Positions 21,244-31,713 of a stretch of DNA of 64,000 bases are shown here, one piece after another (within the stretch, counting starts at the first letter, position 1; each line of letters starts with the position of its first letter). This DNA is from Clostridia bacterium (GTDB lineage Bacteria > Bacillota > Clostridia > Acetivibrionales > STF1-152), in contig JANQLN010000038.1 of assembly GCA_028280575.1 (NCBI GenBank), forward strand, positions 11,267-75,266, read 5' to 3'. A program made the translations under genes and the position numbers. The notes beneath the pieces are model-generated. The model did no database searches and was not told where the DNA came from. It saw nothing but the letters and a program-made list of their open reading frames with translations.

Positions 21244-21473
21244 TACATAAAATCCCCCTTGGAATAAATTAACTCCGGTTTTTCACCAGGTTTACATAAT
21301 ATATTCAACATTATTACCACTAAACCTTTATGTAATTTATGGCAAGATTTTATATAAGACAAAAATTACTAAATATAAAAATAAAGTTAAAAAAACTTAA
21401 ACTTATTGCCATAATGGATAAAAGTGTGTATAATATGAGAGTAAATATTTTTTGAAATGTAGGGGGTAATAAT

Positions 21474-22676
21474 ATGGTAAATGTCATAAAACTTTTAAAT
21501 GAACTTAATAATGATGATAAACATATTCTTAGACTCATACAGAATTTAGGTCCCATAACTAAAAATAAGCTTATAGATATAACCAAAAAGAAATTAAGTA
21601 CATTAAACAGAAGCATCAATCGCCTAGAAAATGCCAGTATTATTTCCGCCTTAGGTACTGCTGATTCAACAGGTGGAAGAAAACCTGTATTGTATGATAT
21701 GGTAAAATCAAATTATTATATTTTTGGTATAGATATTTCCAGAACATACACCAGAGCAGTACTTACGGATATTAAAATGAATATTATAGACAGGTATTAT
21801 TTTACAATGGATGAATCATGCATTCCTGCTAAAACCGTAGCTTTGATTGCTCAATATATTGAAAACACCCTCAAATTGAAAAACATAGATAAAAAGCAGG
21901 TACTTGGAACAGGCATAGGCACCGTTGGCCCTTTGGAAAAGAGCAAGGGCATTGTATTAAATCCCATGAACTTCACAGCAAAAGGTTGGACCGACGTGCC
22001 TTTGAAAAAAATGCTGCAGGCCGCAACAGGCATTCCTGTATTTGTAGACAATGGTGCAAATACTGCAATACTTGCAGAATGGCTGTTTGGTGCAGGCAGA
22101 GATTGCAGTAATATGGCATATTTCAACTGTGGTATAGGAATCCGGACCGGAGCCATATCCTCCGGAACACTGGTAAGGACAATAAATGATGCAGAAGACG
22201 CATTCGGTCATATGACAATTGATGTTGACGGAGAAAAATGCCATTGTGGAAATTATGGCTGCATTGAATCCTATTGCTCAGTCATATCAATAACCGGTAA
22301 ATTTACATCTTCATTGAAAAAAGGAAGGACATCTTCTATTTCCAAAGCCTTAGAAGATATTTCATATGTGGATGTATGCCGGGCCGCCGAGGAAAGAGAC
22401 CCACTGTCCGCAGAAATAATAAAGAGCTCTGCGGCCGTCTTTGGTTCCGGTCTTGCAAATTATGTAAACCTGTTTAATCCTGAAATAGTTATACTAAGCG
22501 GACCACTCATTAAATACTCCGCTTTATTTTCTAAAATTTCTACTGAAATTGCCATAAACAAATCATTTCTCAAGGATAACACCAAGGTGATTTTCAGCAA
22601 AGGAGGCAAATTTACGGAAGATGCAATATCTTTAGGTTCTGCAGTAATGGTTTCGGAATCTCATTTGAATGCTTAG
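21474..22676 (+). CDS. ROK family transcriptional regulator
   Basis: N-terminal wHTH and the ROK zinc motif CHCGNYGCIESY. Confidence 0.85.
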   Translation: MVNVIKLLNELNNDDKHILRLIQNLGPITKNKLIDITKKKLSTLNRSINRLENASIISALGTADSTGGRKPVLYDMVKSNYYIFGIDISRTYTRAVLTDIKMNIIDRYYFTMDESCIPAKTVALIAQYIENTLKLKNIDKKQVLGTGIGTVGPLEKSKGIVLNPMNFTAKGWTDVPLKKMLQAATGIPVFVDNGANTAILAEWLFGAGRDCSNMAYFNCGIGIRTGAISSGTLVRTINDAEDAFGHMTIDVDGEKCHCGNYGCIESYCSVISITGKFTSSLKKGRTSSISKALEDISYVDVCRAAEERDPLSAEIIKSSAAVFGSGLANYVNLFNPEIVILSGPLIKYSALFSKISTEIAINKSFLKDNTKVIFSKGGKFTEDAISLGSAVMVSESHLNA

Positions 22677-22688
22677 AAGGAGGTTAAC

Positions 22689-23450
22689 GTGAAAAAACTA
22701 AAGCTACTAATACAAATTTACATTACATTTTTAAAGCTGGGAAGTATGAGCTTCGGCGGAGGATATGCCATCCTGTCTTTAATGGAACGGGAAGTTGTCG
22801 AAGGAAAAAAATGGGTAAAACGAGAGGTAATAACTGATATATTTGCAGTTTCCCAATCACTTCCCGGCGCAATAGCATTAAATGCATCAGCCTTTGTAGG
22901 CTTTTCCATAGCGGGTGTGCCCGGGGCAATAGCAGCCCTTCTTGGAAACCTGACATCCCCCGTAATAATAGTAATGATTTTATCATTGTTATATATGAAG
23001 TTTAAAGATATATCTGCGGTCCAATCTGCATTCAGGGGCATATATCCGGCAATAATCGGCCTTATATTGTATGCAGCTTACAAAATAGGAAAAACGGCAG
23101 TTAAAGGCAAAACCGGAATAACCATTATGCTGTGTGCCTTCATCCTGGCAACATTTGCCCAAATACCTCCAATACCATTGATTATATCCGGTGCAGGTAT
23201 AGGTCTTTTTATATCTAAATTAAAAAATGGATTAGACACTAAAAAAACAATTTCAATAATAGTTGGCTTATGCGGAATCCTAATTATAGTAATAACCTTC
23301 ATATTTGCCATCCTTTTTCAGCTTCAATCCAATACGCTTTTGATGGTTATTATTCTACTCTCATTATTGGTGCCGGGTATATTGACAAACCTGCCGGGTT
23401 CCGGAATAAAAACATGCAAAGGAGATGACGGCAATGAAACTACTGGTTGA
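22689..23450 (+). CDS. chromate transporter (CHR) family protein, half-size subunit 1
   Basis: GTG start. FGGGYAILSLMEREVVEGKKWV...SQSLPGAIALN matches the CHR signature. Multi-TM. Confidence 0.8.
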   Translation: MKKLKLLIQIYITFLKLGSMSFGGGYAILSLMEREVVEGKKWVKREVITDIFAVSQSLPGAIALNASAFVGFSIAGVPGAIAALLGNLTSPVIIVMILSLLYMKFKDISAVQSAFRGIYPAIIGLILYAAYKIGKTAVKGKTGITIMLCAFILATFAQIPPIPLIISGAGIGLFISKLKNGLDTKKTISIIVGLCGILIIVITFIFAILFQLQSNTLLMVIILLSLLVPGILTNLPGSGIKTCKGDDGNETTG

Positions 23451-24024
23451 AATATTTCTTATGTTTGCCAAATTAAGTTTATTTGCATTTGGAGGCGGCT
23501 ATGTAATGTTTCCCATGCTGCTTAAAGATATTGAGACCAATCAGCTTCTCAGCACACAGGAAATTACAGATGTAATAGCAATTGCCGGAATGTCTCCCGG
23601 AGCTGTCGCAGTTAATGCCGCAGTAGGTACGGGCTTTAAGGTAACCGGAAATATATGGGGTGTTATTGCTGCATTTCTTGGCATTGCCATTCCATGTGCT
23701 TTAATAGTCATACTGGTTGCCACATTCTTTTTCAAGGTATATAATAATACTGCGGTCAAAAATGCATTGTATGGCTTAAGACCGGTTATAACAGCCATCA
23801 TAATAAATGCTGCGGTCAATATTGCAGCAGGGAATCATATAATTGCTGCAAAAGCTGACGGATTAATTGCAAAGGGCATTGATTTTAATATGGGAGGACA
23901 TCAGATTTTTGAAGTAAAAAGCATATGCTTGGCAGTAATATCATTTTTACTGCTGGTAAAAACCAAAATACATCCGATTTTTATAATAATTGGCTCAGGT
24001 GTTTTGGGAATATTATTATTTTAA
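23425..24024 (+). CDS. chromate transporter (CHR) family protein, half-size subunit 2
   Basis: FGGGYVMFPMLLKDIE...IAGMSPGAVAVN. It overlaps subunit 1 by 26 nt. Confidence 0.8.
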   Translation: MTAMKLLVEIFLMFAKLSLFAFGGGYVMFPMLLKDIETNQLLSTQEITDVIAIAGMSPGAVAVNAAVGTGFKVTGNIWGVIAAFLGIAIPCALIVILVATFFFKVYNNTAVKNALYGLRPVITAIIINAAVNIAAGNHIIAAKADGLIAKGIDFNMGGHQIFEVKSICLAVISFLLLVKTKIHPIFIIIGSGVLGILLF

Positions 24025-24040
24025 ATTGGAGATGAATTGA

Positions 24041-25162
24041 ATGCCGCCACTTAGTGTACTTATAAAACCTTCATCCAGCTTATGCAACCTCAAGTGCAAA
24101 TACTGCTTCTACCATTCAATAGCTGAAAAAAGGCTTACCGAATCCTATGGAAAGATGAGCATTGACACTCTTGAAAGTATTGTAAAAAAGGGATTGGAGT
24201 ATGCAGACAGCATTTGTACCTTTGCATTTCAAGGAGGTGAGCCCACACTATCAGGACTTGATTTTTTTAATAAGCTCATTGAATTTGAAAAAAAATATAA
24301 TATTAAAAAAATACCAATAAATAACGCAATACAAACCAACGGAATGGTCATAAATGATAAATGGGCACAGTTTTTTGCCGGCAACAAATTTCTCGTAGGC
24401 ATCTCCCTGGACGGCCCAAAAGATATACATGATGCCAACCGGATAGATTTGGCCGATAAAGGCTCTTACAAAAGGGTAATGCAAACAATTGACCTTTTCA
24501 AAAAATACGGGGTCGAATACAACATTCTTACGGTTATAAACTCCTATACAGCCAGGCATATTAATAAAATATACGGCTTTTTCAAAAAAAACAATTTTAA
24601 ATACCTCCAGTTCATACCCTGCCTTGACCCTTTGGAAGAAGAACCGGGAGGACATAATTACTCCCTTACACCAGAGAGGTATACACACTTTCTTAAGACA
24701 CTTTTTGACCTGTGGTATAATGATGTGTCAAAGGACAGCTTCATAAGTATAAGGCATTTTGACAACCTTGTGGGCATGTTCATGGGATATGCACCCGAAT
24801 CCTGCGGTATGCTTGGTGTCTGCAGCTGCCAGTTTGTAATAGAAGCCGACGGAGGCGTATATCCATGTGATTTCTATGTAATAGACGAATGGTATCTTGG
24901 CAACATCAATGAAATCGGATATGAAGAGCTGAGAACAAGCAAACCTGGAATGAAATTTGTAGATGTTTCAAAGCATGTAGATCACGCCTGCAGGGAATGC
25001 CGATGGCAAACCCTTTGCCGCGGAGGCTGCAGACGTTCAAGGGAACCGTTTGTAAACGGAAAACCTGTCCTGAATTATTATTGCGAGTCATACAAGGAAT
25101 TTTATGAATACTCTGCGCCAAGATTGAGAACACTGGCGGCAAAATTCTCTCAAAGAATATAG
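24041..25162 (+). CDS. anaerobic sulfatase-maturating enzyme-like radical SAM/SPASM protein
   Basis: MPPLSVLIKPSSSLCNLKCKYCFY (CX3CX2C) at the N-terminus and C-terminal Cys clusters (CGMLGVCSCQF, CDFY, CRECRWQTLCRGGC). Confidence 0.8.
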   Translation: MPPLSVLIKPSSSLCNLKCKYCFYHSIAEKRLTESYGKMSIDTLESIVKKGLEYADSICTFAFQGGEPTLSGLDFFNKLIEFEKKYNIKKIPINNAIQTNGMVINDKWAQFFAGNKFLVGISLDGPKDIHDANRIDLADKGSYKRVMQTIDLFKKYGVEYNILTVINSYTARHINKIYGFFKKNNFKYLQFIPCLDPLEEEPGGHNYSLTPERYTHFLKTLFDLWYNDVSKDSFISIRHFDNLVGMFMGYAPESCGMLGVCSCQFVIEADGGVYPCDFYVIDEWYLGNINEIGYEELRTSKPGMKFVDVSKHVDHACRECRWQTLCRGGCRRSREPFVNGKPVLNYYCESYKEFYEYSAPRLRTLAAKFSQRI

Positions 25163-25178
25163 TTAACTTAATAGAGTA

Positions 25179-26294
25179 CTAGTCTTGTATAATCATATAA
25201 GATACACCGCGAATCATTTTAAGCTCGCCACTTAATACGGTGCTCTCTATTTTATATTTATCCTGTATGATGTCTTTTGCTACACCAACATATTTAACCA
25301 GCACATCCCACACTTTTATACTGGACCATATATTGCTGCTAAGTGTATCAACCAGCTCTTTGGTTTTATCAATATTAGATAGTGTTGCATGCTGCTTGAA
25401 AAACTCTTTGATAAATGTTATCTGGTTTTTCTTTCTTGCAACATCGCCATGGTCATGATAATTCCCATGCCTGTCGGTGCCCTTCCGGTATCTTACAAAT
25501 CCTTCGCTCTGTTCACCGTCCAGGTGCTGCTGGCCCTTTTCCAGGTGTATGTACAAGTCCTGGTAAGGATCTTCATAATTCATATCATAAGGGACATTAA
25601 TATTAACTCCTCCGAACAAATCCACAATTTCCACAAAACCATCCGGGTTTACTTTAATAAAATCATCCACTTCAATCCCGAACTTTTCATTTATTACATC
25701 TGCCACAAAGCTTATCGAATGGTATTTCTTAAACTTGCCTTCGTATTTGAGCTCATAGCCTATCCAGTAGGAATAATTAATCTTATAGGATTTGGCAAGT
25801 CCTTTTTTATCAATAAAATTTCTAATCCTGCTATTATAATCAAGATATGTATCCCTTGGTATCATTATGAGTTTCATTGTTTTTGATTTTTTATCTATAC
25901 TTATAATGCCAATGGTGTCCATTAATGTATATTTTTCATCTTCACCAAGAATAAGGATATTAATGCTTTCTTCCTCCACAAGCTTTTTTGTATATAAGCC
26001 TCCTGAAAGGATGGTTTCCTCTTCATTCTCACTTTCATCTATTATAATTTCATTATCAGCTTCAGATACCGGGTCATTATCCCAAATATCATCATCAGGT
26101 TTAGTAAATTTATCATTTACATCACTATCCCCGGGATGCAAATTATCATCATTCGCTGCCGGAACATTGTCCGGAGCGCCAATACCCCCGCCGGCAAATA
26201 AAAAAATTATCAAAATCATTATAACCAATATTGAAGGGATAACAATGGCCATTCTTTTTCTGTTACCAAAAATCTGTTTTAAAAATCCAATCAT
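25179..26294 (-). CDS. LCP (LytR-CpsA-Psr) family cell-envelope protein
   Basis: N-terminal TM and LCP core INILILGEDE...MDTIGIISID...LIMIPRDTY. Confidence 0.8.
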   Translation of the reverse strand: MIGFLKQIFGNRKRMAIVIPSILVIMILIIFLFAGGGIGAPDNVPAANDDNLHPGDSDVNDKFTKPDDDIWDNDPVSEADNEIIIDESENEEETILSGGLYTKKLVEEESINILILGEDEKYTLMDTIGIISIDKKSKTMKLIMIPRDTYLDYNSRIRNFIDKKGLAKSYKINYSYWIGYELKYEGKFKKYHSISFVADVINEKFGIEVDDFIKVNPDGFVEIVDLFGGVNINVPYDMNYEDPYQDLYIHLEKGQQHLDGEQSEGFVRYRKGTDRHGNYHDHGDVARKKNQITFIKEFFKQHATLSNIDKTKELVDTLSSNIWSSIKVWDVLVKYVGVAKDIIQDKYKIESTVLSGELKMIRGVSYMIIQD

Positions 26295-26562
26295 TAGCTT
26301 ACTCCTAAAGTCATTAGTATTAACCTATATGTAACGCCGCAATTCTATGCAATATGCCTTTTGAAACACACTGTAATTTTTGTGTATTTTAAAAGGCATA
26401 CCGCAAGATTTAGAGACGTTATATAGTATAGCATAAATTGCTAATCAATTCATGACTCAAATATTAAATAAATGTAACAATTTTCTGTTTGTTTCCAGAA
26501 GTAAAAAAGGCCGGGCAACCATAGGCCGGACCTTATCTTGTAAAGGAAAACCCGCAAAAAAA

Positions 26563-26603
26563 CCGGATAACAGAAAAAGCTTTTCTTGTCTTCTGTTTTC
26601 CGG
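26563..26603 (-). terminator. rho-independent terminator of hydrogenase operon 1
   Basis: 13-bp stem CCGGATAACAGAA/TTCTGTTTTCCGG with one mismatch. On the minus strand it is followed by TTTTTTTT. Confidence 0.7.
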
Positions 26604-26645
26604 TTTTTGCAAAAATCAAGGATGTTTCCATATAGTTTTATTTAC

Positions 26646-28394
26646 TCAGCCAACAGGATAATTTTCCCTCGTTACATAATGGGTATGGAGCAGCTCGTGC
26701 GCCTTATGGCTTCCCGGCTTTTCAAAATACTCTTCATAAAGCTTTTGGACATTTGGGTTCTCATGTGACTTTCTCACAGCCATATCTTTGTCTTCCTCAT
26801 ATATGGCTGCTGCCCTTTCCTTTCTCAAATCAATCCAGCTTCTCACATCTGAGGGCTGGATAGGCTGCCCTCCACCGGTCACACAGCCACCGGGACATGC
26901 CATAACCTCTATGAAATGATACTCCTTTTCACCTGCTCTGATACTGTCCAGAAGCTTCCTTGCATTACCCGTACCATGCGCTATGGCTGCTTTCAAGGTA
27001 ATGCCTGCAACCTCCAGTTCCACTTCCTTAATACCTGTTGTCCCTCTTACCGCTTTAAATTCAATATCTTCAAGTGTCTTCTCTTCCAGTATTTCAACCA
27101 CTGTCCTCAAAGCAGCCTCCGTCACTCCTCCCGTGGCTCCAAAAATCACACCGGCACCGGAAGCAGCTCCCATGGGATCGTCAAATTGCCTCACCGGCAG
27201 TGAAGTAAAGTCAATGCCTGCTTCCCTGATCATCCTTGCCAATTCCCTGGTAGTAAGTACTACGTCAACATCCGGGTATCCTGTGGATGAAAGCTCAGGT
27301 CTTTGGGCTTCAAACTTTTTAGCGGTACAAGGCATTATTGAAACGACAAATATCTCAGAAGGGTCTTTACCTTCCTTTTCGGCATAATATGACTTAAGTA
27401 CCGCTCCAAACATCTGGTGAGGAGATTTGCACGTTGAGAGATTATCCAAAAAATCAGGATAGTTGTGTTCACAAAACTTAATCCATCCCGGGCTGCAGGA
27501 TGTAATCAGCGGCAGCTTGCCGCCGTTCTTTATCCTGTTTATCAATTCTGTACCCTCCTCCATTATTGTGAGGTCGGCTGCCGTATCCGTATCAAATACC
27601 TTGTCAAATCCCAGTCTTCTCAAAGATGCAATCATATTGGTTGTTACCCTGCTGCCCAAAGGCATTCCGAATTCTTCGCCCAATGCAACCCTGACTGCCG
27701 GAGCCGTTTGCACAACAACGTGCATATTTTCATTATTAAGGGCATCCCAGACTTTGTCCGTATCATCCTTTTCTCTTAAGGCTCCCACAGGACAGGCTGT
27801 AATACATTGCCCGCAGTTGATACAGGGAACTTCACTCAGAGGTTTGTTAAAAGCAGAACTTACAACCGTATTAAAGCCTCTTTCGTTAGTGTCTATAACA
27901 GATACGGTTTGTATATTTTTACAAACACTTACACAGCGTCTGCATAAAACACATTTATTGGGGTCTCTGACTATTGAAGGTGAAACCTCGTCAACAGGCA
28001 TAACGTCTCTTTCTCCGTCAAACCTTACATCCTTTATATTGAGCTCTTCAGCAAGCTTTTGAAGCTCACAGGTCCGGCTTCTCACACATGTAAGACATTT
28101 TCTGTCATGATTTGACAATATAAGTTCAAGAGTAACCTTTCTGGATTCCCTTACGGCAGGACTTTGAGTCTTTATTACCAGTCCCTCGGAAACAGGATAC
28201 ACGCATGCTGCCTGGAGGCTTCTTGCTCCTTCTACTTCCACAACACACATTCTACAGGCGCCTATTTCATTAATATCTTTTAGAAAACACAGTGTGGGGA
28301 TTGCAATGTTGGCATATCTGGCGGCTTCTAGAATAGTATAATTAAAAGGCACTTCAAGCTTTCTATCATCTATCGTAATATTAACCATTTCCAT
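26646..28394 (-). CDS. hydA: [FeFe]-hydrogenase catalytic subunit (HydA type, 2Fe-2S plus 4Fe-4S N-terminal domains)
   Basis: H-cluster motifs TSCSPGW, MPCTAKKFE and EVMACPGGCVTGGGQP, plus N-terminal ferredoxin-like Cys motifs. Confidence 0.9.
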   Translation of the reverse strand: MEMVNITIDDRKLEVPFNYTILEAARYANIAIPTLCFLKDINEIGACRMCVVEVEGARSLQAACVYPVSEGLVIKTQSPAVRESRKVTLELILSNHDRKCLTCVRSRTCELQKLAEELNIKDVRFDGERDVMPVDEVSPSIVRDPNKCVLCRRCVSVCKNIQTVSVIDTNERGFNTVVSSAFNKPLSEVPCINCGQCITACPVGALREKDDTDKVWDALNNENMHVVVQTAPAVRVALGEEFGMPLGSRVTTNMIASLRRLGFDKVFDTDTAADLTIMEEGTELINRIKNGGKLPLITSCSPGWIKFCEHNYPDFLDNLSTCKSPHQMFGAVLKSYYAEKEGKDPSEIFVVSIMPCTAKKFEAQRPELSSTGYPDVDVVLTTRELARMIREAGIDFTSLPVRQFDDPMGAASGAGVIFGATGGVTEAALRTVVEILEEKTLEDIEFKAVRGTTGIKEVELEVAGITLKAAIAHGTGNARKLLDSIRAGEKEYHFIEVMACPGGCVTGGGQPIQPSDVRSWIDLRKERAAAIYEEDKDMAVRKSHENPNVQKLYEEYFEKPGSHKAHELLHTHYVTRENYPVG

Positions 28395-28421
28395 TGTCTA
28401 AAACCTCCTTTATAAGTTTTA

Positions 28422-30218
28422 TCATGCATTCTTGAATATGGCCTTGAATGGACATTTTTCCATGCAGGCTCCACACTTGATACACGCTTCCTGTTCAATC
28501 TTGTAAGGTACTCCCTTTTCACCGCTTATGCAATCAACGGGACAGTTGCGGGCACAGATTCCGCAGCTCTTACAAAGCTCATCACTGATAACATAGCTCA
28601 GCATTGACTTGCAGACGCCTGCAGGACATTTTTTATCACTTACATGTGCATCATATTCGTCCCTGAAGTATTTCAATGTACTTAAAACCGGGTTAGGAGC
28701 AGTCTGTCCAAGTCCGCAGAGGGCAGAGCTCTTTATATTTTTCGCAAGTATTTCAAGCTTTTCAATATCTCCTTCTTCACCTTTCCCCCCGGTAATTCTC
28801 TCAAGTATTTCATACATCCTTTTTGTACCTATCCGGCACGGCGGACACTTACCACATGATTCGTCTACGGTAAACTCAAGGAAATATTTAGCTATATCAA
28901 CCATGCAGTTATCTTCATCCATAACGATAAGTCCGCCTGAACCCATCATGGACCCAAGCTCAATCAGTGTATCATACTCTATGGGAACATCAATATGCCC
29001 TTCAGGTATACATCCCCCGGAAGGTCCCCCGGTTTGAGCAGCTTTGAACTTCTTGCCGTCAGGTATTCCCCCGCCTATGTCATATATCACTTCTTTCAAG
29101 GTAGTACCCATAGGTATTTCAACCAGGCCGGTATTGTTTATCTTTCCGCCTATGGCAAATACCTTGGTGCCTTTACTCTTTTCAGTCCCTATACTTGAGA
29201 ACCATTGGGCACCTTTAAGAATAATTATTGGAATGTTTGCAAATGTTTCTACATTATTAAGCACCGTCGGTTTATCCCATAGTCCCTTAACTGCAGGAAA
29301 TGGCGGTTTAGGCTTTGGCTCGCCCCTCTTTCCTTCAATTGAGGTCATAAGAGCCGTCTCTTCCCCACATACAAATGCACCGGCTCCAAGCCTTATTTCA
29401 AGGTCAAAATCAAAGCCTGAATCAAATATGTTTGTGCCGAGAAGTCCGTATTCCTTAGCTTGTTCAATTGCTATCTCAAGCCTTTTGACTGCTATGGGAT
29501 ACTCAGCCCTCACATAGACATAGCCTTGATTAGCTCCTATTGCATAGCCTGCAATTGCCATTGCTTCAATTACCGAATGGGGATCTCCTTCAAGTATGCT
29601 CCTGTCCATGAATGCTCCCGGGTCACCTTCGTCTGCATTACAGCATATATATTTTTGTTCGTTTTTTGACCTTATTGCAAATTCCCATTTCAGGCCGGTA
29701 GGAAAGCCTCCGCCTCCTCTTCCTCTAAGGCCTGATTCTCTCACTACCTTAATAACATCCTGCGGGCTCATTTCTGCAAGCACTATTCCCAGCGCTTTAT
29801 AACCCTCATATGCAATGTATTCGTCAATACTTTCCGGATTAATAATACCACAGTTTCTAAGTGCGATACGGTGCTGCCTGCTGAAAAACTCTACATTATC
29901 CAGGGATTTTGACACATCATCCGCTTCGGTATCTCCTGCCAGCAGCCTTTTTACAATTCGTCCCTTTAACAGGTGTTCCTCTACTATTTCTTTTACATCT
30001 TCAGGCTTCACCATAGTATACATAGAGCCCTCAGGGTATATAACTACAATGGGACCCTCCGCACACAGCCCAAAACAACCGGTCTTTACAACCTTTACTT
30101 CGTTTTGCAGATTGTTATTTTCTATATTCTTTTCAAGCTCACTTATTATTTTTTCCGAATTGGCCGAAGTACATCCGGTACCTCCGCAAACCAGGACATG
30201 TGCCCTAAATATCTGCAT
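28422..30218 (-). CDS. hydB: NuoF-like flavoprotein subunit of a bifurcating-type hydrogenase (HydB)
   Basis: N-terminal thioredoxin-like 2Fe-2S, GLRGRGGGGFPTG (FMN/NADH site), ESCGKCPPCRIG and C-terminal 2x[4Fe-4S] CxxCxxCxxxCP. Confidence 0.9.
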   Translation of the reverse strand: MQIFRAHVLVCGGTGCTSANSEKIISELEKNIENNNLQNEVKVVKTGCFGLCAEGPIVVIYPEGSMYTMVKPEDVKEIVEEHLLKGRIVKRLLAGDTEADDVSKSLDNVEFFSRQHRIALRNCGIINPESIDEYIAYEGYKALGIVLAEMSPQDVIKVVRESGLRGRGGGGFPTGLKWEFAIRSKNEQKYICCNADEGDPGAFMDRSILEGDPHSVIEAMAIAGYAIGANQGYVYVRAEYPIAVKRLEIAIEQAKEYGLLGTNIFDSGFDFDLEIRLGAGAFVCGEETALMTSIEGKRGEPKPKPPFPAVKGLWDKPTVLNNVETFANIPIIILKGAQWFSSIGTEKSKGTKVFAIGGKINNTGLVEIPMGTTLKEVIYDIGGGIPDGKKFKAAQTGGPSGGCIPEGHIDVPIEYDTLIELGSMMGSGGLIVMDEDNCMVDIAKYFLEFTVDESCGKCPPCRIGTKRMYEILERITGGKGEEGDIEKLEILAKNIKSSALCGLGQTAPNPVLSTLKYFRDEYDAHVSDKKCPAGVCKSMLSYVISDELCKSCGICARNCPVDCISGEKGVPYKIEQEACIKCGACMEKCPFKAIFKNA

Positions 30219-30249
30219 TTAAGACCCCCTCCTTCTTTCTTGGTTGTTA

Positions 30250-30621
30250 TTATTTTTCAGCCGCACCTATTGTATAGTCGAGACAGACCCTGCCGTTAAC
30301 AAGGTGCTCGGCAACAATACGGACAGCTTTTTCCGGAGTCATGTTGACATAGGTAACTTTAGTGCCGTTTTTCTCAAATACCTCAACAATAGGCTCCAAT
30401 CTGCATACACCTATACAGCCTGTCATAGTAACCTTGATGTTGCCAAGGCTCCTTTTGCCCAGTTCTTCAATAAATGCGTTCATAACAGGTCTTGCACCGG
30501 CGGCAATACCACAGGTTGCCATTCCCACCACTACCCTGGTACTATCTTTTTCACTGTTTCTCAATCTCACATCTTCCAAAGCTTTTTTCCTTATTTGCTC
30601 AAGTTCAGCAAGAGATTTCAT
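30250..30621 (-). CDS. thioredoxin-like [2Fe-2S] ferredoxin
   Basis: 123 aa with GMATCGIAAG...TGCIGVC. Confidence 0.75.
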   Translation of the reverse strand: MKSLAELEQIRKKALEDVRLRNSEKDSTRVVVGMATCGIAAGARPVMNAFIEELGKRSLGNIKVTMTGCIGVCRLEPIVEVFEKNGTKVTYVNMTPEKAVRIVAEHLVNGRVCLDYTIGAAEK

Positions 30622-31168
30622 TTAATACACCTCCGAATACAAATTTCAATCCTTCATTTACATAATCCTTTATCCATGCTATAATTACAGGTTGGGAAAA
30701 GTCCATCCCCTCTGTTCTTTTTTTGATATCATCGGTATCAAGACTGAAAATCTTATTGCAATTATCAAAAGTTAATATCCATCTTATATCTGTTTCAGCT
30801 CCTATTATCCCTGCCACAGTAGCTCCTATATCACCTAAGGGAGGCCTGTCAATGTGAGATATGGAGAACAAAGCCTTTACCAGCGTCCCCTTTTCTTTTG
30901 AAACCAGTTCAAGGCTGCCGCCGGACATTCTGGCCGAATCAGCCAACAGCGGCAATCCTAATCCAACCTTTCTGGTTTTTCTTGTAGTAACAAAAGGGTC
31001 TTTCACACAGTTGGCAATTCCAGGATCAATTCCCCTGCCGTCATCATCTACAGTGATTGTAAGAACATCATCGTCCCGGTCTGCTTTTAAACCGATGCTT
31101 ACCTTGCTGCTGCCGGCATCAACACAATTCCTCAAAATATCCATAAGATGGAGAGATAAATCTCTCAT
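30605..31168 (-). CDS. histidine-kinase-like ATPase (HATPase_c) protein encoded inside the hydrogenase operon
   Basis: N box and G boxes: LRNCVDAG, DDGRGI, GLGLPL. Confidence 0.75.
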   Translation of the reverse strand: MRDLSLHLMDILRNCVDAGSSKVSIGLKADRDDDVLTITVDDDGRGIDPGIANCVKDPFVTTRKTRKVGLGLPLLADSARMSGGSLELVSKEKGTLVKALFSISHIDRPPLGDIGATVAGIIGAETDIRWILTFDNCNKIFSLDTDDIKKRTEGMDFSQPVIIAWIKDYVNEGLKFVFGGVLNEISC

Positions 31169-31674
31169 TTTAACTCTTCATTCCTGTACTTATTTATTAT
31201 CCCTTCTACTTCGTCAGGTATCAGCCTTCCATATACATCGTCATTTATCATAATTACAGGCGCCAGTCCGCAGGCTCCGATACACCTGGTTGCTTCAAGG
31301 GAAAACAAAGCGTCCTCCGTACATTCACCCTCCGATATGCCAAGCTTTTCCTTTAACTTGTCGAGAATACCGCTGGCACCCTTTACATAGCATGCTGTTC
31401 CCATGCAAACCTGGATTTTGTTTTTGCCTTTAGGTTCTAAAGAAAATTGTGTGTAGAATGTAACAACGCCATAAATTTCAGTTAAAGGAATGTCAAGGAC
31501 CTCCGATATGGTTTTCTGAACATTTATAGGAAGGTACCCATATATCTCCTGCGCTTCGTGAAGAACAGGTATTAATGCGCCTTTCCTATCCCTGTGCTTT
31601 TCAATAACCTCAAGAAGCATTTGTTTTTTTTCGTCTACAGCTTCACATCTGCAGCAACAATCAACACTGCCCAT
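31165..31674 (-). CDS. hydC: NuoE-like [2Fe-2S] subunit (HydC)
   Basis: VCMGTACYVKG...CIGACGLAP motifs. Strong RBS GGGAGGG. Cys-rich N-terminal extension MGSVDCCCRCE. Confidence 0.9.
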   Translation of the reverse strand: MGSVDCCCRCEAVDEKKQMLLEVIEKHRDRKGALIPVLHEAQEIYGYLPINVQKTISEVLDIPLTEIYGVVTFYTQFSLEPKGKNKIQVCMGTACYVKGASGILDKLKEKLGISEGECTEDALFSLEATRCIGACGLAPVIMINDDVYGRLIPDEVEGIINKYRNEELK

Positions 31675-31713
31675 TTTTCAACCCTCCCGGAAAAAAATTT
31701 TTTTCTTAAAAAT

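Noticed and set aside
21350-21619. 89-aa minus-strand ORF overlapping the ROK regulator start
   Set aside because: Extremely Leu/Phe/Ser/Ile-rich translation of AT-rich promoter DNA, overlapping a well-supported gene.
25240-26334. Plus-strand ORFs 25240-25458, 25389-25886 and 25867-26334
   Set aside because: They are antisense to the LCP family gene, which has clear family motifs and a TM anchor.
27463-30222. Multiple 100-200-aa plus-strand ORFs (27463-28062, 28609-29037, 29044-29517, 29815-30222 and others)
   Set aside because: All are antisense to HydA and NuoF-like genes that have unmistakable cofactor motifs. Long antisense ORFs are common opposite such genes, and these show Ser/Pro/Leu-rich junk composition.
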